IMG/VR virus record: IMGVR_UViG_3300031857_000054
Location: 43,018 to 107,017 of that record
From: a virus
Reading direction: 5' to 3' (one strand)
Length of the DNA: 64,000 bases
Under the pieces are notes generated by a model, which was given only the letters and a program-made list of their open reading frames with translations, made no database searches and was not told where the DNA came from. This document shows positions 19,985 through 28,600 of this stretch, one piece after another. Positions within the stretch are counted from its first letter, which is position 1. The number at the start of each line of letters is the position of its first letter. The position numbers and the translations under genes were made by a program.

Positions 19985-20434
19985 ATGGCAAAAGATATTA
20001 TTCTTAAACTCGGCACCTACATGACCACTGTTAATAACAAAGACATTGCTGCAGGTGCTATCCCAGGAGCTTCTTTAGAGAAGTTTGTTGTTAACCTTTT
20101 AAAGAGCCCTACTTGCTGCGTTAAGTATGTAACGTTAAGCAAAGGAACTGTAACACAGTCAGGTAGTATTACTACTGCAGTTACATTGAACCAGCCTGCT
20201 GGTGAGATTACAACTGTAAGTGCTACTATTGCTGCAGGTGCAATGTCCTCTTTTACACTTAACAATAGTTTTATTAAAGCTGATTCTGTAATTATGGCTA
20301 CAGTTAACGACACTACTGGTACTGGTCTATTGGCCGTACAAGTTGATGGTATTGTTGCAGGTTCTTGCACAGTATCTCTTGGAGGTGTTGTTGCGAATAC
20401 TGGAGTTGTAATCGTTGGATTTGCAATTATGTAA
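19985..20434 (+). CDS. Small virion structural/decoration protein
   Basis: Thr/Ala/Gly/Val-rich beta protein (GTVTQSGSITTAVTLNQPAGEIT), flanked by terminators. Confidence 0.6.
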   Translation: MAKDIILKLGTYMTTVNNKDIAAGAIPGASLEKFVVNLLKSPTCCVKYVTLSKGTVTQSGSITTAVTLNQPAGEITTVSATIAAGAMSSFTLNNSFIKADSVIMATVNDTTGTGLLAVQVDGIVAGSCTVSLGGVVANTGVVIVGFAIM

Positions 20435-20439
20435 TTAAC

Positions 20440-20462
20440 AGGGGAGAGAAATCTCCCCTTTT
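20440..20462 (+). terminator. Rho-independent terminator
   Basis: AGGGGAGA-gaaa-TCTCCCCT followed by TTT. GNRA loop. Confidence 0.8.
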
Positions 20463-20474
20463 AAAATGAATTAA

Positions 20475-20984
20475 ATGGCTAACTTACAAAGAAATATAGA
20501 AGTTTTAAAAGCTAAGGATTGTGCTTACTTATCAATCCTAGATACCTCGTACTATCCTGAAACTTTAGACGAGGCAAACATTCAAATCACTGCACCTGGT
20601 TATGATATTCCATTTGAATTTGCTTTTACTTTAAATGAAGTAAACGTATACAATTCATACACTTTTGGATTCACTACCAATGCAACGGCAGATTTTGTAG
20701 AATTGCCAGATGGTTTATATACTTTGAACTTAACTACTTGCCCTGACACAGGAGTATGTACTAGATATCACCTACGCACTTGTAGGATTGATTGTAGACT
20801 TGCTGTACAATGGGCTAAGTATGCACAAGATTGTGAGGATGAAAAAATCCTTTACTATCTAGATAAGATTGAGTTTCTGCTACGGGGAGGAGAAGCTAAC
20901 GCAGATTTATGTAACCCCGAAAAAGCAATTGAATTATACAGAAAAGCAGATGACTTACTTAGACGATTTGAACTTGACTGTTAA
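20475..20984 (+). CDS. Virion protein, tail hub-like
   Basis: Ig-like N-terminal half (LPDGLYTL) and helical Cys-containing C-terminus. Synteny with crAss tail-hub genes. Confidence 0.55.
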   Translation: MANLQRNIEVLKAKDCAYLSILDTSYYPETLDEANIQITAPGYDIPFEFAFTLNEVNVYNSYTFGFTTNATADFVELPDGLYTLNLTTCPDTGVCTRYHLRTCRIDCRLAVQWAKYAQDCEDEKILYYLDKIEFLLRGGEANADLCNPEKAIELYRKADDLLRRFELDC

Positions 20985-21138
20985 AGAAAAACTTGCTAAG
21001 GCGGCAGTAAAAGAAATGCAGCATATCAAGTACTTAACAAAACCATACTACAAAAAATCTAGGAAGTATATGCGTTTCTTGAAACTAGCACATTGCTTAG
21101 ATTGTGTAGACACAAACAACCTTAAAATTAAACTATAA
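20950..21138 (+). CDS. Small hypothetical protein (62 aa)
   Basis: ATG 20950 preferred to TTG 20869. Fills the gap to 21151. Confidence 0.55.
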   Translation: MTYLDDLNLTVKEKLAKAAVKEMQHIKYLTKPYYKKSRKYMRFLKLAHCLDCVDTNNLKIKL

Positions 21139-21150
21139 CTACGAAAAATA

Positions 21151-21714
21151 ATGGCAAACAAAGCATACAAACCTTGCTGCGAACCTAACAACTGTGGAGA
21201 GATTATTCCTTCAAAGTGTGTTAAGTATACTGGAACTCCTACTACGGATGGTCCTATTGATAAAGAGTTTACTTGTACTCCTTATCTGAATGACGTTATT
21301 CATTTATTTGATGATAATCTTAAAGACATTATTGGAAAAATCGGTATTAGCAAAACTGCGCTTGATGGTGCTAACTCATCTTGTGGTCTTAATTTGGTTA
21401 ATACTGGTTCTCTTACTACATATGAAGTTAATGATACTAGGTATGTTCAAAGTGAGGTAGTTGTACAACTGTTGAATGTTGTATGTGCTTTACAAAAACA
21501 AGTTAATTACTTGAAGAATGAGAATGTTACTACAGATAGTGGTAATGTATTCTGGCTTGATTTGCCTTTAGACCAAGATTTTAAAACATGGTTAAGTATA
21601 AACGGACAATGCGTTTTAACGGAACCTTGTGTACCTGCTGGTGGTATTACTACTTTACGTGGTTTACTTCAAGCTATGATAACTAAACTTTGTGACTGTT
21701 GCCCAAATCCATAA
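21151..21714 (+). CDS. Cys-rich tail-associated protein
   Basis: CCEPNNC..SKCVKYTG N-terminus resembles that of the next gene (GKCVTYSG). Ends KLCDCC. Confidence 0.6.
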   Translation: MANKAYKPCCEPNNCGEIIPSKCVKYTGTPTTDGPIDKEFTCTPYLNDVIHLFDDNLKDIIGKIGISKTALDGANSSCGLNLVNTGSLTTYEVNDTRYVQSEVVVQLLNVVCALQKQVNYLKNENVTTDSGNVFWLDLPLDQDFKTWLSINGQCVLTEPCVPAGGITTLRGLLQAMITKLCDCCPNP

Positions 21715-21725
21715 TCTAAAATATA

Positions 21726-23651
21726 ATGAGTACTTGTCTTGACTGCTACGGAACCAACACAATAGAACCATGTGCTGAAATTGGATGCCTTTCCACAAAT
21801 TTTGGAAAGTGCGTTACTTACTCAGGCACAGGTTTGTATTGTTCTCTAGGTCCAATTAATACCTTTACCTATTCGGGTACTGCTGTTGCTATAGTTTCTG
21901 AAGTTACCGTGGTAGTTGGTGCTACTGGCGGTTCTGGTTCAGGTGCTACTTTTAGTGTAACTAGAGGACCATCTTCTACATCATACACAATCTCTATTGT
22001 AAATAAAGGTAGCGGATATGCAATAGGAGAAACTCTTACCATTGCTGGTACAGCTGTAGGTGGTACGGCTCCTGCGAATAACATTTCAATTGTAGTAACT
22101 ACACTATCAGCTATTATTGATAGCACCTATACAATGGATGCGGCTATCAAGAATTTGCATGATCGTATCTGTAACTTAACTCCAACTGGTCTTTTATACA
22201 GTGGATTTAACTATGCTTGTCTTCGTCAAGGAGGTAACTTAGAGTCAGTAGGTGCGTCTATTACTACTGCACAAGGATTTGCTGAATCTTCTTCTGCTGC
22301 GTTGTGTGCGTTAAACACACGTTTAAAAGCAGTAGAGACTCCAACCTTTACTGTGCCTGGTTGTGTAACAGGATTAACTTCTGGTGTTTCTACTCTAGGA
22401 GCAATCTTAACTGAGTATGGTAACAAACTTTGTGCTATTGCAGGAGGAACAGGAGGTATTACCATCACTGGAGTAACAGTTCCAGGTAGTTGTACAATGA
22501 CTACTATCCCCTCATCAACTGCCCCTATTGGTACTTGGTTTGATTGGGTAGTAGACAATATGTGCTCAATCACCACGGGATTGAATGCGGCAATTACTTC
22601 AACTAACTCAACCGTAAGTACTATAACTACTTTCTTGGGTAGTACCACGAAATTTAATAACAGTGCAAACTGTTTGACTGCCTTGGGAGGTACAGCAACT
22701 GATTCTGCTCATGCTACTATTGGTTATCTTACCACTAAGGTATGTGCAGTAGACACAACCGTTAACGCTATTCCTTCTTATATTAAGACTGATAGTGTTG
22801 CTCTTAACTGGGTAGGTTGTTTTGGTTCTGCACCATATAGTTACGCTAACACTGCAACTACAATTCAAACTCAATTACAAAGAATTGTAGCCGTATTGAA
22901 TGCTGAGAAAACTGCATACTCTGCAGACTTTGTACTAACTACAGCAGGTTGTGGTTCCAAGATTGTGTCTTTGGCTCCTACTGCTGCTTTCTCTTGTAGT
23001 TCACTTTCTACTTGTTCCATCAATTCTCTTGGAGATGTAATAGTAACCACTCCTGTGAATCCTGATGTACTTTACTATAACGGAACTAACTGGGTTAATA
23101 AAAATATTAACGCATTGGTTACTATGTCAAGTACTGACGGCACAGTGGCAATTACTCCAACTACAACTGCAGGTAACGTAAACTACGATTTGAGTGTTAC
23201 TGGTTTGACAGCTACTAGAGCAAACCTTACTGCAATAGCAGTAACTGGAGCAAACAACACATTCCCTGCAGCTTACCCAACTAGTCCTGGTACTGGATAC
23301 GCTCAAGTAACTAAACAAGGTAGTATTGTGACTTTAGCAGGTAGTATTGAGTTGGTGGTGACAAGTGGACTTACATTAGCTTTTGGTACACCTGTACCTA
23401 TCGCAACTGTGCCTGCTGGATTTAGACCTATAACAGGGCCTATCAGTTTCTACTCAAGAGCATTTAAAAAGGGAACTGCTCCATACAATGATCCTGATGG
23501 TTCTTTTGATGCAAGAATTACCATTGACATAGCAGGTACTGTAAATATAATTCCTTATCCTACATACCCTGCAGCAAGTTTAGTGCTTGCTACTGCTGGT
23601 AGTAAGGTAGAAATATTGTTAGGAGCACACTCCTATAGTATCCTACCATAA
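21726..23651 (+). CDS. Tail fibre / receptor-binding protein
   Basis: GSGY-type beta module, repeated Cys-punctuated helical segments, LGDV..VLYYNGTNWVN fibre motif, C-terminal head with IATVPAGFRP. Confidence 0.75.
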   Translation: MSTCLDCYGTNTIEPCAEIGCLSTNFGKCVTYSGTGLYCSLGPINTFTYSGTAVAIVSEVTVVVGATGGSGSGATFSVTRGPSSTSYTISIVNKGSGYAIGETLTIAGTAVGGTAPANNISIVVTTLSAIIDSTYTMDAAIKNLHDRICNLTPTGLLYSGFNYACLRQGGNLESVGASITTAQGFAESSSAALCALNTRLKAVETPTFTVPGCVTGLTSGVSTLGAILTEYGNKLCAIAGGTGGITITGVTVPGSCTMTTIPSSTAPIGTWFDWVVDNMCSITTGLNAAITSTNSTVSTITTFLGSTTKFNNSANCLTALGGTATDSAHATIGYLTTKVCAVDTTVNAIPSYIKTDSVALNWVGCFGSAPYSYANTATTIQTQLQRIVAVLNAEKTAYSADFVLTTAGCGSKIVSLAPTAAFSCSSLSTCSINSLGDVIVTTPVNPDVLYYNGTNWVNKNINALVTMSSTDGTVAITPTTTAGNVNYDLSVTGLTATRANLTAIAVTGANNTFPAAYPTSPGTGYAQVTKQGSIVTLAGSIELVVTSGLTLAFGTPVPIATVPAGFRPITGPISFYSRAFKKGTAPYNDPDGSFDARITIDIAGTVNIIPYPTYPAASLVLATAGSKVEILLGAHSYSILP

Positions 23652-23722
23652 GATCTTGACAGTTTACTAGGGTTGGTTGTCTGTCAAAACCCCGAATAGA
23701 GCCTAGGCAACTAGGCTCTTTT
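23652..23722 (+). ncRNA. Candidate 3'-UTR-derived regulatory RNA
   Basis: Hairpin TTGACAG/CTGTCAA presenting GGTTGGTTGT in its loop, followed by a terminator. 14-nt complement to the leader at 7391-7404. Confidence 0.35.
23698..23722 (+). terminator. Rho-independent terminator
   Basis: AGAGCCTAG-gcaa-CTAGGCTCT followed by TTT. GNRA loop. Confidence 0.85.
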
Positions 23723-23739
23723 GGTTTAATTAAAAGTAA

Positions 23740-23770
23740 TTGACATTAGTAACAGTTTAAATTATATTTG
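23740..23770 (+). promoter_or_regulatory. Bacteroidota promoter
   Basis: TTG (23740-42), 20 nt, TATATTTG (23763-70), upstream of ATG 23796. Confidence 0.75.
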
Positions 23771-23795
23771 TACAAAAACTAACTTCAAGTAAATT

Positions 23796-24425
23796 ATGAC
23801 AATATCAGATGTAATATCCAGAGTTAGGATTTCTAATAAGTTCATTAGCGATGATGATTTCATGTCTGATAGATTTATTTACAATACCTTAAAAACTAAG
23901 GCAAGTGCAATTCTTAGAAGAGAAATTAATCTTCGTAAGTTATTAAATTCAGACAATGTATACAGTGCGTATGAATGCATTGAGTTAATACTAGCCCCAG
24001 GTGCTGAGTGTGATTTGAATTGTGACATTCGTCGTAGTAAGAAAAAGCTGCCTAAAATAGAAGAAGGGCTATATTCTTATTTTATTCAAGGGGTATTCAA
24101 TACATCTAACTCAGAAGAACTCTTCCCTACTACTATCAGGGATTTTATTAACCACACTAGACTTAGAGTTAAGACTAACCGTTCTTATTACACAATAAGA
24201 AACGGCTACTTGTATGTGTTGAATCCAGATGTAGAGGCAGTCAATATGTACGCTTACTTTACAGAACCTTTAAATCCTAAACCTTGTTCAAGTATGTATG
24301 AGCAAGATTTTAAATTCCCTGAGTACTTGTTGGATAGTTTATTAGAAATGACTAACCAAAGTTTAGTTAACTTCCATAAACTTCCTCAAGAACCATTTAG
24401 TGATAATAAGGATGACGCAATCTAA
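23796..24425 (+). CDS. Tail ring protein
   Basis: MTISDVISRVR start, SDRFI, YYTIRNGYLY, FPEYLLDSL. Synteny with crAss ring genes. Confidence 0.7.
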   Translation: MTISDVISRVRISNKFISDDDFMSDRFIYNTLKTKASAILRREINLRKLLNSDNVYSAYECIELILAPGAECDLNCDIRRSKKKLPKIEEGLYSYFIQGVFNTSNSEELFPTTIRDFINHTRLRVKTNRSYYTIRNGYLYVLNPDVEAVNMYAYFTEPLNPKPCSSMYEQDFKFPEYLLDSLLEMTNQSLVNFHKLPQEPFSDNKDDAI

Positions 24426-24852
24426 GGAAAAACTCTCTTTGAAGTCGGATGTCAATCCTTCTTCAATACAGGCTTATAAGAAGTTTGTAAAGGAGACAGG
24501 TCGCTCTGACATTTCCTATGACAAGTTCCGAAACATTATTCTAAAAGTAAACGAGAAAGTTCTTGAAAAAGTAATGACAGGTAGATACAAAATTAGATTT
24601 CCTAAGATTGGACTACTGTCACTCATCAAGGTAACTCCTACTAAATTATTAAAGAAGATAGACTGGGGACGTTATCACAAAGATGGAGTGTACACAACAT
24701 TTAAAAACTACCATACAGATGGTATGATGTATAGAATTTTCTTTTACTTGTACGAAAGAAAGTATCCTTACTTTGGTTTTTATAATTTTAGGTTAAGCAA
24801 ACCTAACCAAGTAATGTTAGGTCAAAAAATTAAAAACAATGAAATACGATAA
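24412..24852 (+). CDS. IHF/HU-like protein of the tail module
   Basis: IRFPKIGLLSL, IDWGR and NYHTDG patterns. Lies between ring genes as in crAss-like phages. Start could be GTG 24400. Confidence 0.6.
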   Translation: MTQSKEKLSLKSDVNPSSIQAYKKFVKETGRSDISYDKFRNIILKVNEKVLEKVMTGRYKIRFPKIGLLSLIKVTPTKLLKKIDWGRYHKDGVYTTFKNYHTDGMMYRIFFYLYERKYPYFGFYNFRLSKPNQVMLGQKIKNNEIR

Positions 24853-25672
24853 CATTAACTATATAACCTCTGAGCCTTTGATTGCTGAAGTTAAGCAAGA
24901 GTTAAAGACTTACTTTGAAGCTGGTGCTGTAAGTGAGGTTTTAATACCTTCGTTTATAGATCAAGCCCTGAGAAAACTTAAGGTACTTGCTCTTAAGCCT
25001 GAAGAGGCAGTTATTCGTTTTGAGGATTATAAGTCAGAGTTGCCTTATGATTTTTATTTATTAGACTATGCTCTTTCGTATTCATCAGATGTTTACTGGG
25101 ACAATGCAGTGAACTCTCTGACAGGTTCTTGGTATAAAAGTATACAAGCTGATGGCTGTGTTACTGATGCTACTAGCATAGAAATGTACGAAGCAATTAC
25201 AGTACCCATGCCTGGCTTTAGAATCTCTCTTAAACAACCTAGATGGGTTAGAGTTTATGCTGACTCTACTTCTTTGTGTGTGGATGGATGTCCTAACTTA
25301 AAAGCATCTAGTACTGATATCATTAAAATTAATCAACATAAGAAAGCAAGTGCCACCTTCCAAGAGGGTTGTGTATATCTTAAATACTTTTCAAGACCTG
25401 TAGATGACTACGGTATTCCAATGATTCCAGAAATTTTGGAAGTAGAAGAGTATATTAAAGCTTACTTAAAGTATAAATTCTTTGAACAAATGTGGCATTC
25501 AGTAATGGATGAGTCCACAAAACAAGTAACTGATAAATTAACCTACTACAAAAGAGAGCAGTTAGAGAAACTTCAAGCTGCATTTAACTATCTAATGACT
25601 AAATCTAAGCAACAGATAGCAGACTCAATTGTACGTACTCGTAATCGTTTTAGTAAATTCCACATTAGATAA
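24839..25672 (+). CDS. Tail ring / tubular protein
   Basis: SELPYDF and YFSRPVDDYGIPMIP motifs. Directly precedes the muzzle gene. Confidence 0.7.
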   Translation: MKYDNINYITSEPLIAEVKQELKTYFEAGAVSEVLIPSFIDQALRKLKVLALKPEEAVIRFEDYKSELPYDFYLLDYALSYSSDVYWDNAVNSLTGSWYKSIQADGCVTDATSIEMYEAITVPMPGFRISLKQPRWVRVYADSTSLCVDGCPNLKASSTDIIKINQHKKASATFQEGCVYLKYFSRPVDDYGIPMIPEILEVEEYIKAYLKYKFFEQMWHSVMDESTKQVTDKLTYYKREQLEKLQAAFNYLMTKSKQQIADSIVRTRNRFSKFHIR

Positions 25673-28600
25673 TGGAAATTAAAGGTAATCAAAATACCAA
25701 AGGTCTTAACCTAGACTCTTTAAACTGGCAAGTAGAAGGTAGCCAGTTGACATGGGCATTGAACGCAAATATCATGTCCCATGATGGTAATACATTTACC
25801 TATACAAACGAGATGTCCAACCAAGTTTGTGTGGATTTTAGCTCGTTTAAGAACGGATACAAAATTAACGGCCTACTAAATATAATAGAACAGAATAAAG
25901 TAGTTGTGTTCTTAGTAGGTCCAGATGGAAAAGGAGAGATAGGAGTAATTACAAATAACGGTTTAGATTGTGTTGAGTTAGATTCAATAGAAACTGACTG
26001 TGGTTGTGTAGGCGGTAAAGTAATTAAAGACACAGTTGTCAAAGCAACAACTACAGTTACAGCAAACTCAACTACTTGTTTCTATGGTATTATTAACGAG
26101 ACTATAGATGATGGTTCTGGTAACTACGTAAATAACTATGCATTTCACTATGTAGACTGTAATGGAAATAGAGTAAGTGGCAATACAAGTAGCCTCGTAT
26201 TTAAAACAACACAAGAGTGGTATGCCGACTTAGGTTATACCAGTTTTGATGCCAACATGAGTCCTACTTATTTGTCTAAAGTAGTATCTATGATATGCTA
26301 TGATTCTGTAGCAACTATAGACTACATTAATGAACTAGGCACTTCAAGTAATGTGACCCCAATGCAGCATCCTCAACCGTTGTTGTATGATACATTTCCC
26401 TGTGAAGCTACAGTTGTAGAAAAGACTTGTTGCGATTACGAACCTGTGTTAATTGATGAGTGTTGTCAAGATTGTTGTCAAGATTGTTATACTGTTACCT
26501 TGCAAACAGTAAATCCATCAATACCTTCTGGAGGATCTACAGGTCAAGTAGTAATTGAATATACAGACTGTAATGGTATAGTTAGAGGCATAGAAGTACC
26601 TGAAAATACATTTGAAGGGTACGGTTCATTTAACATGATTAAGGACTCTTGGAGAGTAATCCAAAGAGGAAAACCTGGTGTTGATGTAGTAGTTGCAGTA
26701 GAACAAGTTTACTCTACAGGAAACTGCAATCCTTGTTTGAATCCTTCTCCTGAGAATTGCTGTTTGAACTTCGATATTGACTATCCTATTTATGCGACTT
26801 ATAGAGTAGATCAGTGTGAAACTAGAGTATACTTTGTACAGAAGAATAATCCTCCTAGATACTTATCATTGGAGTTTCCTCTAAATAGAGATTCCTGTGG
26901 TGAGTCACAAGATTGTGGAGGCAAGAAACTTGTAACAAAGAAGACTTGTAAAGAGTTAAATATTTTTCCTGATACCTGCCATCCTAAAGTAACTCCAACC
27001 AATGTTTCTAATGGAGGTCAACTTAAAGCAGGTAACTATCAGTTTGCTATTGCATATACAGATGAAGAAGGGGCTGAGTTAACTGATTACTTTGACTTTA
27101 GTCAGCCTATTCCAATTTTTGAAAAGAAACTTACCAACCTTACTGACTACGTTACTAACTATTCTATTACAGTTCAGATAGACCATAAGGTTAATATCTT
27201 TGACTATTTTAATTTAGTAGTAGCGGAGACAATCCAAGGGGCCACTACAAACTATCATTTGATTGGCAACTATAGAGTACAAAAACAGTACTTGATGGAT
27301 TCTATTGTTTACACAGGAGAATACAAATCTACCTTTAGTTCTATTTCTCCTTTGATTAGAACTCCGCACTATAAGAATGCAGGTATCATTGAGAATCAGA
27401 ATGATATCTTGATGATTGCAGATTTGGAAAGAGAGTATCAGTATAACTTCCAGCCTTTTGCAAACAAACTTAAATTGCAGTGGGAAACAGTAAAGATGCC
27501 CCACGGAGACAAGTGGGACTACTCTAATCCTGAGATAGTACACATGTTCCGTACTTATCAAAGGGACGAGGTATATGCTTTCGGTATTAAGTTTAAACTA
27601 AAGACAGGTAAGTATACTGAAGTATTCCATATTCCTGGCAGAGCAAAGAACGCTGCACTTGGAGATACCACTTCGGTTCCTACTTCTAGTACCGATTACT
27701 TTATAGAAGAAGGAGACTGTTCTGATGTAGCAGCACCTAAAGAAAAGTGGGAAGTATACAACACAGCAGGTAACGGTCAGGTATTTGTATCAAACAATCC
27801 TACTGAACTAGAGAAACAATTCTCTTGTGCAATTTTTAACGACAAACGTGGAGAGTTTGCTTATTGGGAATCAAAAGAACTCTATCCATGTAATGAAGAG
27901 ATTTGGGATACTGATGCTTATGGTAATCCTTTGGCAGGACAACCGATTCGTTTTCACAAGTTTCCTGATTCTTTGATATCTCACATTCATGATGGTTTAT
28001 TTAGTACGGGTAATGTTTTTCCTGCTTTTGATAACCAATCTAATATCTATCCTATAGGAGTAAGAGTAGACGCAGATGCATTCAACAATCTACTCAACAC
28101 TTTAACTATTGCTAATCCTGGAGATCCTGCTAACCCTTTCTATGCCAAAGACCTTATCTGCGGATTTGAGTTAGTGTTTGCTTCTCGTGTAGGACATAAA
28201 TCTGTAGTAGCAAAAGGACTTCTTTATGACGTAGGACACTATACCACAGATGACGGTAGTAAAGAATACTACTATCCTAACTATCCTTTCAACGATATTA
28301 ACTGGAGAGGAAGTAGTTCTGTAACAGATCCTTACTTGAGAACATCTGCAGATTGGTACAAACGTCAAGATAGAAGACGTGCTTTTAGCGGAGACCTAGG
28401 AGAGTTTGCACACAATGGTTTTGTAGACAACAACATTATTAACTACAAGCATAATAGATTTACATTCCATTCTCCTGACACACACTTCTCATATCCTAAA
28501 ATCGGTTCAGAACTTAAGTTAGAGACACTTGAGATTGGTTCTGTATTGGGACACTTTGTAGAAGTAGAAGAACATAGTAAGATTAAGTTGTACACGGATA

